From a virus (taxonomy: Duplodnaviria > Caudoviricetes): 55,783 nucleotides of DNA. Under the pieces are notes generated by a model. The model had not been told where the DNA came from, did no database searches, and saw only the letters and a list, made by a program, of their open reading frames with translations. The stretch spans positions 1 through 55,783 of the IMG/VR virus record IMGVR_UViG_3300047564_005880, one strand, 5' to 3'. Positions 1 to 11,100 of this stretch are shown in pieces. The stretch's first letter is position 1. The number at the start of each line of letters is the position of its first letter. The position numbers and the translations under genes are program-made.

Positions 1-3000
1 TTATTAGAAGACCAGATTTGATACCAGTTTGAATATGTTGTGGAGGTTCCACCGCTATCACCACGAATCCAAAGATTATTATTATCGGTAAATCCAAGTT
101 GAGTTACTGCTCTTGTGCTTGAAGCGGATTTTCTTCTGTATGTGAGAACACCAGCCTGAGTTCCACCATCGTTAAGTGAAACTGCGCTGTTGTTTCTCAG
201 GTGAAGTTCAATACCTAACTGAGCTCCACTAGGAGCTGGGTTTGATGTTACTGGAACTTCATCATGTAGTAATCTGTTTGATGTAGCAGCAGTTCCGTTA
301 ATCGAGATGTTGTAGGTTCCCTGAGCAATACGAGCAGGATCAAGAGTCCCCTGAGTAAACAGAGATGCATCGATAAGATCAGCTTGACTCAGAGTTCCAA
401 AAGCACCCTGAATAAATTCAGCAATAAGACCAGATCCAGTTCCCTGATCGAGGCTAACTTCACCGCTATTTGTTACAATAAATCCAGCTTCAGTTTGGTT
501 TGCAAGAGCTTGATCACTCTTTCTCTTACGTAACTTAATAAGACCATAGTTTCCATAAACAGTAGTATTAGTCGTATTAGCGTTTGCTTTTCTAACGTCA
601 ATACTAATATTTCCATATCCACGGTTGACCGTACCCTTAACTGCCGTTAAGTTTGCTGCTGAAGAAGGTGAACCTAATTCTGATGGGACGGTAACAGTAA
701 AGTTTCCAGTATATCCAGTTCCAGGATCAGTTACTTGTACAGCAGTGATGACACCATTAGTAACTGTAAAGCTTGCTCTTGCTACATCATCAGAACTTAC
801 TGAAACATTACCACCTGCAAGAGGAAGATTCTGATAGATCTGAGTTCCACTTTGAGGAGTATATCCAGTACCACCACTTGTGATAGTAATACTGTCAATA
901 TATGTACTATCAGTAATTGATGCACTGATTACGATAGCATCAGCAGTTTCTGGTTTGATCGATTGTAATGCATACTCGTAAGAAGAGTCCCCACGAAGGA
1001 ATGTGAATGCATTAGCAACACCTCTAGATGCAAGACGTTGTGGATCAATAGTTCCAGAAACGATGTTTGATGCATCGATGTTTGTAGAAGTGAGCTGAGT
1101 CCAGTTAGCAGCATCTGAAGCAGAAGTGTTAACTGCTCTCAGAATATCTACAATTCTTTCTCTCTCTACATTACCACTAGTTGTGGAAGATGCATTTGTA
1201 GTTACCGTGTACTCATTTGCATTATTGACAGAAACTACATAGAATCCATCTGGAGCAGTACCAGAAGTAAAGTTCAAATATACTAGGTTGCCATTTGATA
1301 ATCCATGCCCAGTCTCGGTAACAACAATAGTTGTGCTTGCTGTTTGAGAGTATGTGCCAGTTCCAACGTTAGAACCAGATAAGTCGCGGATAAAGTCTCC
1401 AGTGTCAAATTTGATATTGTTTGCAATATCAAGATAAACTCTACCCTCAACTGCAGCAGAGATGCTAGCGTTGTACTGAGAACCTCCAGGTGAGGTTGGA
1501 ACTGTAACTGTTGGATTGTTATAATAACCTTTACCAATATTTGTGATGGTTACAGATACAACACTTCCATTTACAACATTAGCAGTTGCAGCAGCTTGAA
1601 TTCCGTTTACAGTGTCATTTGGTGCGCTAATCGTCAGAGCAAAATTATTTGCATAGAATGCTCCAGCAACATCAATATCGTAGTTGTAAACTGCACCATC
1701 GTTGTAATCAGTAATCACACCAGTTGCTCCAGTTGAGCTGCCATTAACGATTGATGAATTGGGGAATGAGTATGTATTGTTTGGAGTAAATGTAATATAC
1801 TGTGAGTCTAAGTCATTTTCAAGAATATATGAAACTGCGATACCCTGAGTAGTAAATACCTGAGTTCCAGTTCCTTGAGAAGTGAGATCAATTGCAGTTC
1901 CATTAGCAGCATCTGTTGCATTCGCTGCAAGCTTAATTGTATTTGCATTAACTACAATCGCATAGTAAGTGGAACCATTTGTGATTCCGCCAATTGCAGC
2001 AGTTCCTTGACTGTAAATTAAACCGTCTTCGGTTGCCAAACCATGGGCAGTGATAGTAATTTCTTCTGTGCTAGTATTGACATCTGCTGGAGCAACGTTG
2101 AATACTTGTGTAGTTGTCTCGATTGCAATATCACCAGCAACAACGTCTTCAAGTTCAAGACGCTCTTGCGTTGAGTTGACAGATGTGATATTAAATGGAC
2201 GCAGAGCTGGAATCTGGTCGATGTTAATCTTACCAGTTGCAGTCAACTGAACCAGAGCAGAAGGAACAGCGTTGGTTGAATATGGTTGGTTCAGATATGG
2301 ACCAAGGTTGTTGGAGATGTAGTCTCTAACAGATGCTTGAGTTGGGAGCAGAGAATCTGACGCAAATGCTCCACCGAGATTATCGTCTGCAGAGAATCCA
2401 GTAACTGTAATATCTCCACCAGTAATCTTAATCGAAGTCAGTTCGGAAATTGCAACTGTACCAACAAAGCTAATGGCACCAGTTCTGTTGAAGATGGTAA
2501 CAAAGTTACCTACTTTAAAGTCACCAAATTCGTTAGTGCCAGAGGTATAAACCTGACCATACTCTTCTTCTCTTGCCTCAAAAGCAGATCCTCTACCAAA
2601 TCCACCGTTTTGTGGAAGAGCAGCATAGCTGTTTCCAGATCCAGAAAATTCCCAAGTGTGAGATGAAGAGTTGACAACAGATGGTCTATGAAGTCTGACT
2701 GTTTCGCCTACAAGTGGAGTGCTTGTTCCACCAGCAATATTTCCAAGAGAATATGCATAACGAGTAGAAGTTGCAGTCTCAGTAACATCAAGAGATTGGT
2801 TAGTTACAATAGTTGCAGTGATCTGAGATCCAGGAGAACCAGATACATTCTTAGTTTGAAGAATAATAAACTCAAGAGATGGGTTTGTATTCTCATAACC
2901 ATCGATCTTGATAAGATAATCTTCTACTGGAATATTAGTTAGTGCTGGACCAGTAATGACAATTTCTTGTCTTCCTGTTTCTGCTCCATTACCATCAACT

Positions 3001-6000
3001 TGGTTTGTAATAGAAACAACTTGACCGATATCGAATGAATATGCTTCAGCACGATAACCAGTAGCACGCAGAGCGTAAGTGCCAAAGTTAGATGCAGAGT
3101 TGGTTACCGATGCATAACCACCAGACTGACAGACAATACCATCTTGACAGAAGATAGCAAACACAGAAACTAACTGTGTGTAACCATCGTTCAGAATGTT
3201 GTATGCAGTACCACCAAACGAGATGATAGTGAATGCCGATGCAACCATCGACTTACCCTGTGGATCATATAAAGCAATTGTATTACCAAGGCTATCAAGT
3301 TTGAGACCTGGGCGAGGTACGTTTGGAGTTGCAACCTTAGCACCGTCAATCTCACATCCAGAACCACCTTCAAAGGAAATCAGAGAAGAGTTTTGAATGT
3401 ATGGAGATGCCTCGATGATTGGAAGATCGAGGAAAGTATTGATAAGTGCGAAGCTATAATTGTTAGCTCCAAGCTCACTGACAATTGGATCTGGATATGT
3501 AATACTAGTGATAGCAGTATTATTCAAGATAGCATTATCGAGAGCAGTCCAGAGAGTTGTAAGTGCAGAAGTAACGTTTGCACACTCTGGAGCAGATGGA
3601 TCTACAGTTACTGAGCTATTTGAAACTGGTACGATCTGAGAGAATCTTCCATCATCAAGATGTGAGTTGATTGATTTCTTAGAAAGTAATTTTGCGTATG
3701 CATAAACCTGTCTGGAGAATGCAACTTCATTTGCAATAAAGTTCTGTACGCCAGCACCAACATACTTATTAGCTGCTTCTGCAGTTGCAGAGTTGCCAGT
3801 ATAACGAAGATCATACTGCCATGCTCTCAGTACCTTGAGAATGTCATCGATGCACTGCTGATCGCCAGCAGCATAAGTTCTTGCAATTCCAGTAAGATTT
3901 CCTGGATTTCCCGTACTACCAATTGCTTGAGTGACAATAGCAGTCAGAGTTGTAATGGATGCAGCTACATCTTGGCAAGATGGATTTTGAATATCTTGCG
4001 TTACTGTAGTATCTTTGACCTGAGTGTATGCACCAAGATTATATGTAGTAAATGCAGATGAGAATGTCTGATTACGCATCGCTGAAATAGCGAGATCTCT
4101 AGCGTAATTGAAGACGATTACTGATTGATTCTCCTCACCTAAAACGTGAGCACCATCAATATAGTATTTTGCTGCATCATATACCTGATCGTTACCACCA
4201 AATGTTAGGTTATATGAGAGTGCTTTCAGGAAATCAACTGTATCATCCTTACATGATTGCTTTCCAGTTGGAATAGTAAATGACTGCTCAGCAACCATTC
4301 TTTCAACTGCCATTTCAGCAATCATGACAGCGTTAGCCAGAATCAGAGATGATGCATCAGCATAGCGATCTGACTGGGGTTGACTTCCAGGAGTTACATG
4401 TGGAAGAGGAGTAGTAAATGTAACAGTACCAGTCTCTCCATTATTCGCAGGGCTTGCAAGAGAAATTGTGAGAGTTCTGTAATCTGGAGTGTCTGCTACA
4501 GCATAGTTACCATCAGTGAGAGATCCACTAAACGTGAAGTTATAAGTCTGAAGAGCATATCCAGCATGTCCTAGAGGAACGGTTACCGTCAGGGTCTGCC
4601 CACTGATGCTGTAGGATCCAGATCTTGCATTTGCAGTGATGCTTGAATATGTTGTGCCATCGATGGGGATGGTTGTTCCTCTTGTACTTGAAGAGGTATG
4701 ATGTGATTTAATATATCCGTATGCTTCTTCGGCAATAAAGTCTTGGTTTACTCTGATTGCTTCAGCACCATCTCTGTAACGATCAGTTTGAGATACTGAT
4801 GTAAATCCATATGGAGAGTTCCTGAGAGATGCAAGAACATAGTTATTTGCCGCAACTACACTTTGATCACCAGCAATATCAAGAGCACTTCCAAATCTTG
4901 AATATGATCCTCTTACTGCGAATGCAATTGCGAATCCATCAGCTCTTTCAATTCTATGAGTTACATACTTTCTACCGTTAAGATCTTCGATGTTATCTGC
5001 AACAGAGAAAGTACCAGTTCTTGTTGCACTATCTGGAGCATTAAGAGTAAATCTAACAGTTTGAGTTCCAGAGCTATATCTACCTCTGGCAAGACCCAAT
5101 ACTGTTCCAGATGGAAGGGTTGGGAAAGTAGTTCCAGTTGTAAACGTATCACAGTGATAAACCTTAGATGGAGCTCCACCTGTAGTAAATGTAAACTTAA
5201 GACCAGCTTCACCAAGAGTTGTAAGATTGCCCCAGAATGAATTTACAAGACTAGTATCAACTCCAGTGATTGTACACTGAATTGTTGTGCCACTTTGAGT
5301 ATATGAGTATGCTGCACTGGCACCAAAGTTGATTGTGGAACTTTGGAATCCATAGAGGTTTACTTCTTGACCAACTTCGTAGTCATGATATGTTGTTGAT
5401 CCAAGAGAAATAACAACACCCTCATAGTTTTGTTGGGTTGTAAGTGAAGTATCAATTGTTGAAACTGAAAGTACTCTTTCGTTGAGATCAAATCTCTGAA
5501 ATCCCTTACCTGCTGAAGTTATATCAACAGTAATAGGATCGTCTTGTCCAGATGGGTTCTTTCTAGTAGCGTTTGCTTGGCTAGTTGCAATTCTAACCCA
5601 ATTTTCATTTTCTACATATACTGCATATGAAGATCCATCGGTAAGACCACCAATTGCACCCATCTTGCTGGCACGATAGATGATTTGATCACCAGTAACA
5701 AATTGATGACCTCTAATGTAGATATTATTAGACTCTGGCATCACTTTGCCAAATGTCAAATAATGGATGGTATTTGCACCAACAGCAGTAATATCTACAA
5801 GACCTTGCTTAGTCGTTGAGGATGCATCAAAGTTTGCATTTGTAAAATTATCATAGAGTTCAAATGTATTTGCTGTTAATACACGAACGTAGTATACAGA
5901 ATTATTGATTAATCCAGGAACACTAGTATTACCATCATTATTATAATGGACGGCAGCTCCAGTGAACAATCCGTGACTGTTAATCGTCAGGACATCAGTT

Positions 6001-7550
6001 GTATCATTAACACTAGTTGCATTTAGGAGAAGAGTTTCTCTCTCGGAATCAAACGTGTGTTGATAGATCTGGTTTGAGATTGTTTCCAGTTCTGGTCTAA
6101 GAGACTCTACATCAATCAGAGCAGCGTTGGGAGACGTTGGTGGGTTGTTTGGATCGTTTGCAACTTGTCCCAAAGTTGGAGCATAGTAAATCGTATCAAC
6201 GCTGGAGAAAAAGTCGTTAACTCCAGATGTAACGAGAACAGTTACGCTACCAGTGGAATAAGGAGATGCTACTGGTCCAGTAAATGTTACTGACTGGACA
6301 ATTGCAGTAAGTGATCCACCTTCATTTGTAAGTGCATATCCAGGAAGAAGGTTAGTATTATTTCCAGTATTATCTCTAAATGTAAGAAGTTGTACGTTCT
6401 CACCTTGGAACTTCTCACCAGGAACAGCTGGGATTTGCTTTACATCTGGTTCATAGTACAGTCTTTGCTTATCGTCAAATACGAATGCATACTTCCAAGT
6501 ATAGAGAGTTGCACTGTTTGGATCATTTGGATTTTGAAGTGCATCTCTGAAAGTTACGCCGTTAATATAAGTTTCGTTAGAAGCCTTGACCATGTGGCGG
6601 TCACGGTTTGCTGGTCTAACAACGACACGACGAAGGTTATCACCAATCAGAGAACAGTTTCTTGGGAGAGAGATTGGGTTGTCTTCTAAGTACTCACCAC
6701 CAGATACGATAATCGATACATATTCATCGTCTGCAGATGGAGTTGCTGACTGTAAACTATAAGCAATTTGAGCTGCTTTTTTAATTGTTCTTAATGGTCT
6801 TGCTGCCGAACGACCATCGTTGTCGTCATCCCCAATAGTGGCAGAAACATAGACACGACCACCAGTGTCGTTGGTAGCAACTCTATAGACGAAATCAGTT
6901 GTTGCAATACGACGAGACTGATCATCTAATGGTGGGGTATCTGCTGTTGGGAAGAATGTTTGTTGATATGTTGGACTTGTAACGTCCGTGTCCTGGTAGT
7001 TGAGGAGGTTAGGAGCACGGAGATTTAATGCTGGGTTAACAATCGTCCCGATATCCAGGTTGATGATCGTTGCAGTATCTGAAATGATCGAACGAGTGGT
7101 TCTGATCTGACCCTCAACATCAAGTTCATACTGAGGATTTGTGTTATTGATACCTACACGAACGTCACCAAGTTGATCCTTAGTTACAATTAAAGCTGAA
7201 GATTCTGCAGTTCCAGTTCCAACTGTAATACCTAATTTCTCCTCAGCATTAAGAACTAATGAGCGTCTGATTCTATATGAAAGTGTATTTCCAGCTGTAA
7301 TCGTACCACTTGCAGAGTCTGGGAATGTGAAACTATCTGCATTTACTACGGTGATAGTGTAATTTCCACTGGTAGCTCCACCAGAAGTTATATCAATCTC
7401 AAGTTCTTCAGTATCAATAAATCCGTGCCCAACTGAGGTGACCGTTACGGTAGTACCTACTCTAAAGTAAGTTGCATTTATCCAACTACCAGTGGCAACC
7501 TTACCTGAACCTTCAATTCTCTGCTGTTCAGAATTAATTCTCAGACTCAT
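1..7550 (-). CDS. Giant virion/tail fibre protein, partial (>2,500 aa, runs off left edge; absent from ORF track)
   Basis: ATG at 7550 (MSLRINSEQQRIEGSG...); frame open at every point checked down to position 3. Beta-helix cap (VYVSATIGDDDNDG..PLRTIKKA..GEYLEDNPISLP..LIGDNLRRV), HGL-type beta repeats, two Cys-containing helical repeats and a fibre-type QLGFTDNNNLWIRG..WYQIW motif at the edge. Confidence 0.85.
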   Translation of the reverse strand, partial: MSLRINSEQQRIEGSGKVATGSWINATYFRVGTTVTVTSVGHGFIDTEELEIDITSGGATSGNYTITVVNADSFTFPDSASGTITAGNTLSYRIRRSLVLNAEEKLGITVGTGTAESSALIVTKDQLGDVRVGINNTNPQYELDVEGQIRTTRSIISDTATIINLDIGTIVNPALNLRAPNLLNYQDTDVTSPTYQQTFFPTADTPPLDDQSRRIATTDFVYRVATNDTGGRVYVSATIGDDDNDGRSAARPLRTIKKAAQIAYSLQSATPSADDEYVSIIVSGGEYLEDNPISLPRNCSLIGDNLRRVVVRPANRDRHMVKASNETYINGVTFRDALQNPNDPNSATLYTWKYAFVFDDKQRLYYEPDVKQIPAVPGEKFQGENVQLLTFRDNTGNNTNLLPGYALTNEGGSLTAIVQSVTFTGPVASPYSTGSVTVLVTSGVNDFFSSVDTIYYAPTLGQVANDPNNPPTSPNAALIDVESLRPELETISNQIYQHTFDSERETLLLNATSVNDTTDVLTINSHGLFTGAAVHYNNDGNTSVPGLINNSVYYVRVLTANTFELYDNFTNANFDASSTTKQGLVDITAVGANTIHYLTFGKVMPESNNIYIRGHQFVTGDQIIYRASKMGAIGGLTDGSSYAVYVENENWVRIATSQANATRKNPSGQDDPITVDITSAGKGFQRFDLNERVLSVSTIDTSLTTQQNYEGVVISLGSTTYHDYEVGQEVNLYGFQSSTINFGASAAYSYTQSGTTIQCTITGVDTSLVNSFWGNLTTLGEAGLKFTFTTGGAPSKVYHCDTFTTGTTFPTLPSGTVLGLARGRYSSGTQTVRFTLNAPDSATRTGTFSVADNIEDLNGRKYVTHRIERADGFAIAFAVRGSYSRFGSALDIAGDQSVVAANNYVLASLRNSPYGFTSVSQTDRYRDGAEAIRVNQDFIAEEAYGYIKSHHTSSSTRGTTIPIDGTTYSSITANARSGSYSISGQTLTVTVPLGHAGYALQTYNFTFSGSLTDGNYAVADTPDYRTLTISLASPANNGETGTVTFTTPLPHVTPGSQPQSDRYADASSLILANAVMIAEMAVERMVAEQSFTIPTGKQSCKDDTVDFLKALSYNLTFGGNDQVYDAAKYYIDGAHVLGEENQSVIVFNYARDLAISAMRNQTFSSAFTTYNLGAYTQVKDTTVTQDIQNPSCQDVAASITTLTAIVTQAIGSTGNPGNLTGIARTYAAGDQQCIDDILKVLRAWQYDLRYTGNSATAEAANKYVGAGVQNFIANEVAFSRQVYAYAKLLSKKSINSHLDDGRFSQIVPVSNSSVTVDPSAPECANVTSALTTLWTALDNAILNNTAITSITYPDPIVSELGANNYSFALINTFLDLPIIEASPYIQNSSLISFEGGSGCEIDGAKVATPNVPRPGLKLDSLGNTIALYDPQGKSMVASAFTIISFGGTAYNILNDGYTQLVSVFAIFCQDGIVCQSGGYASVTNSASNFGTYALRATGYRAEAYSFDIGQVVSITNQVDGNGAETGRQEIVITGPALTNIPVEDYLIKIDGYENTNPSLEFIILQTKNVSGSPGSQITATIVTNQSLDVTETATSTRYAYSLGNIAGGTSTPLVGETVRLHRPSVVNSSSHTWEFSGSGNSYAALPQNGGFGRGSAFEAREEEYGQVYTSGTNEFGDFKVGNFVTIFNRTGAISFVGTVAISELTSIKITGGDITVTGFSADDNLGGAFASDSLLPTQASVRDYISNNLGPYLNQPYSTNAVPSALVQLTATGKINIDQIPALRPFNITSVNSTQERLELEDVVAGDIAIETTTQVFNVAPADVNTSTEEITITAHGLATEDGLIYSQGTAAIGGITNGSTYYAIVVNANTIKLAANATDAANGTAIDLTSQGTGTQVFTTQGIAVSYILENDLDSQYITFTPNNTYSFPNSSIVNGSSTGATGVITDYNDGAVYNYDIDVAGAFYANNFALTISAPNDTVNGIQAAATANVVNGSVVSVTITNIGKGYYNNPTVTVPTSPGGSQYNASISAAVEGRVYLDIANNIKFDTGDFIRDLSGSNVGTGTYSQTASTTIVVTETGHGLSNGNLVYLNFTSGTAPDGFYVVSVNNANEYTVTTNASSTTSGNVERERIVDILRAVNTSASDAANWTQLTSTNIDASNIVSGTIDPQRLASRGVANAFTFLRGDSSYEYALQSIKPETADAIVISASITDSTYIDSITITSGGTGYTPQSGTQIYQNLPLAGGNVSVSSDDVARASFTVTNGVITAVQVTDPGTGYTGNFTVTVPSELGSPSSAANLTAVKGTVNRGYGNISIDVRKANANTTNTTVYGNYGLIKLRKRKSDQALANQTEAGFIVTNSGEVSLDQGTGSGLIAEFIQGAFGTLSQADLIDASLFTQGTLDPARIAQGTYNISINGTAATSNRLLHDEVPVTSNPAPSGAQLGIELHLRNNSAVSLNDGGTQAGVLTYRRKSASSTRAVTQLGFTDNNNLWIRGDSGGTSTTYSNWYQIWSSN

Positions 7551-7567
7551 TTATGTGCTCCGAATCC

Positions 7568-8101
7568 TTAAGATACGACTGTGATTTCTAATATTCCAAT
7601 CCACTTAACAGTGGACGATGATGTAACAGATGCAACTTCAAAAGTGAAAAATGGATTTGCTCCAATCTTGAATGGATCTGGAGATACTGACCATTCTTCT
7701 TGACCAGGTAAATTTTCACGAATTACATTCTCATAAGTTGAGGCAACTGTTGAATTGCCAGATGAGTCTGTGGTAATAATAACTTCAAACTGACTCGCAT
7801 ATACATATGTATTTGTTGTTGTTTCTTGTCCAAATATTCTCGCCGTTACAAAAGAAACAGTGTCATTTGCAAGAGCTGCACTATTTGTAGCAATTGCTTG
7901 TGAACCATCTAAAGACAATTGATTGGTATTTAATGCGGCATTAGTGGTTGCTTTCATGATGTAAGTATCTTTGTTTGCATCAGCAAACTGATCACTAGTC
8001 ATATGCATCGCAGAGATGTTCTTCAGAGCGTAATCTGTATCGAGTACCTCTGTAGAACCTACTGCAAAGCCACCAATTGACGAAAAATTCTTAATTGCCA
8101 T
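7568..8101 (-). CDS. Small virion structural/fibre-associated protein (177 aa)
   Basis: S/T-rich beta protein between two fibre genes, preceded by a perfect late promoter. Confidence 0.65.
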   Translation of the reverse strand: MAIKNFSSIGGFAVGSTEVLDTDYALKNISAMHMTSDQFADANKDTYIMKATTNAALNTNQLSLDGSQAIATNSAALANDTVSFVTARIFGQETTTNTYVYASQFEVIITTDSSGNSTVASTYENVIRENLPGQEEWSVSPDPFKIGANPFFTFEVASVTSSSTVKWIGILEITVVS

Positions 8102-8121
8102 GACTTTAGATTACCTTAGGT

Positions 8122-8129
8122 TATTTATA
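8122..8129 (-). promoter_or_regulatory. T4-type late promoter TATAAATA
   Basis: Exact TATAAATA on minus strand, 20 nt upstream of ATG 8101. Confidence 0.8.
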
Positions 8130-11100
8130 CCTTGACCTTCGTGGTTGTGTATCTACCAGTGAAGGAACTTGATGAAGTAGCTGCACTTGACTTGTTGAGG
8201 GAAATGTTAACATTATTACCCACAACAGTTACGGTTGCATCTACAAGGTCGTTGTTTGAGGTTACTGAGTTTGTTACGGTAGCGTATGCTGTTGTACCTG
8301 CTGTGGCACAAACTGTAGTTACCTCAAGCATGTGAACCTTACCATCATTACTTTCGATAGTAACCAAAGTCTTAGCACCCTTAAATGTAGTTTTATTAAA
8401 CTGAACAATAGTCGAGTTTGATGCAAAGGAAGAAAGTTGTCCACCCTCTACTCTACAATCATTTAACTCCATGAATGTTGCAGTGCTATTAAATACTGTC
8501 AGATAAGACTCTGTGCCAGAGTTCCAACCACGATTGATCTTCCAAGCTGCTTCTGCGCCATTTGCGTCAAGAGTCAGGAATGGTTTATTATCGAGTTGAG
8601 TTACGTAATCTTGTTGAAGAATGTCGAGGCGAGCAAACGCTGCACTTGTATTTGCAATAGTTGAAACTGGGAAAGTAACATTATTTGCTGGTGTTGTTCC
8701 ACCGAGAAGATTGCCTGCAATAGTTACTATTTCTCCAACCTCATAGTCTGATCCAGAAGCAACAAGAGTCACACTCTGTACTGATCCAGCACCATCAATA
8801 ACAACTGTAAATGTAGCTCCACTGCCTTCAAACTGAGATGTTGAAGCAACTGCTGTAAATGTTTGAGATGCTGTATAAACTCCAACCCCAGAAGTTACAG
8901 TTCCGATAGTTGCAATCTCACCGAGAACTGGAACGGACTTGAATCTTAACCCACCAGTAACTTCTACATCTTTTTGAGATCTAACGCGAAGAACTGAAGA
9001 TCCAAGTGTCTGTACATCTAATGGATTTGATCCAAATGTCACTCCATTAAGAGTTAATGTTCCATAAGTATCAAAAGTCTTAGCTGTATACAGTTTAAAT
9101 TTGTTTTGAACAATATCCAGACTGTTTATACCCTGGTTATAGAAGAAGAAGGTATCTTCATTACTACCAGGAGAAAGTTCTGTAAGGATGTAAGTATCTT
9201 GGTTTACGTCACGAACACCACCAAGAGAAACGAAATCGCTACCGTTATATCCTTCGAACTGCTGTTGTTCCGAGTTGAATCTGATGCCACCAACCTGACG
9301 ATCTCCTGAAGGTGGTCTCTGGTTTGTTGTGCCAGTTGGAACAACAAACATCGCGGTAGATTCTACCTTAACATTCTTACCATTTTGGGGTTTAATAACG
9401 ATACCAGCACCTTCAATATCAGTGACGGTAATAGTCTTACCAGTTCCAGCTCCGATTGTTGCTGGATTAAGAGTGATTGTATCCCCTTCAGCATATCCAG
9501 CACCACCAGCATTAACTGCAACTGCGGTAATATTTCCCCCAGTAACTATGACGTTAAATGTAGCTCCAGATCCACTGCCGCTTGTTGTTGAAGTTACTGC
9601 GACATAAGTGCCATCGGTAAATCCAGTACCAGTTCCAGTGGCGGACACTGTGATAATTTGACCGAATGAAGTAGTTGCGATGAGTCCATTATTTGAGATG
9701 ATATTATCATCAATTCTAAGATTAGAGTTTATATCTAATCTACCTTTAATTGTTGTATTTCCACTTTCAGTGTCTACTCTGAAAGTTTCTGTGGAACCAT
9801 CAGTGATTGAGAAATCTTTATTTGTTCCACCAGTAAGAACTAAATTGCCTTCTCCCTTTGGAATAAAAGTAATGTCAACATCTAAGTCAGATCCAATTGC
9901 CTCAATAGAAGCATCATTATTAATTCTAAGTCCTGTTTCTGGAGCACCGATATCAACAGATTCTCCAATAGAATTTACAAAGAAGAATGGAGTCGTTGCA
10001 CCAAATGCACTATCGACTTTGATATTATTAGTAGTCTGAATATCAGAAGTACTAATTTTTACCCTTGCTGTTCCTCCAGCAGTAATTCCAAGAACATCGG
10101 CAGCATCTCTGTAGAGACCTGTAGATGTTGAGTTAGTAAATTGTAGAGATGGAGCTGCAGCAGAACCATTCTGCAATTCGATATCTGCAGATTTTAATGT
10201 GGTTGTTCCATTTGCAGTTAAATTGAGAATACTAGCTGAACTTCCAACCTGAAGAGTTGATGTAAGGATTCCTCCAAGTACGTTAATATCATCAGATGAT
10301 ACACTATGTAAAGTTAATGAAGTTCCTGTTGTGCCAATTTCACCGCTTCCATCTTCATTAAGATACCAATTATTTGAAACAATACTACCATCATAATTAA
10401 TTTCTATTGGAGTGTCATCGATGGTTGTATCTACACTTAATGAAAATGGAGTTCCCGAAGTTTGAGGTGCATTTGTAAATTTTAATGTTTCTCCAGATGT
10501 AAATCCATATCCAGGAGAAGTAATGCTTACGGAATCAACAAATCCTACTTTTGATAATGTGTAAGAAAATCCACCACCAACTCCTTCACCGTCAAAATTT
10601 GGATCTACTGATAAAATATCAGAAATTAAATATGGTCCCCCAGTTGGGGATATATTGGTAACGGAAGAAATGCTGGTAGAATATGAATTAATTGTATATT
10701 GGAATGAAGATCCAGATCCAGCAGAAGTATTACTTGGGATTCCAAAAGTATCTGATACTTTATATCCAGTTCCCTGATTTGCAAATGAAACAGAAGAAAT
10801 TGTGCCGTTTTGTGCAACTATTAAGGATAATGATGCTCCACTACCATATACTCCTGGAGATCCAGATCCATCAGTTACATTAATGTAATTGCCCATGGTT
10901 CCACCATGGGTAATGCACTGATATTTAACTGTTGCTGAAGAAGGTACAGCTGTGTTGGTAAATACAGCGACTACTTCTGCGTTTGTAGTTCCAGGAGCTC
11001 CATTTTCAGACCAAACGACTTGTCCAGATCCATATCCAGAAATTTCTAATGGGTGACCAACATTAGACGGATCACTCATGTTAAAAACATAAGTGTTATA

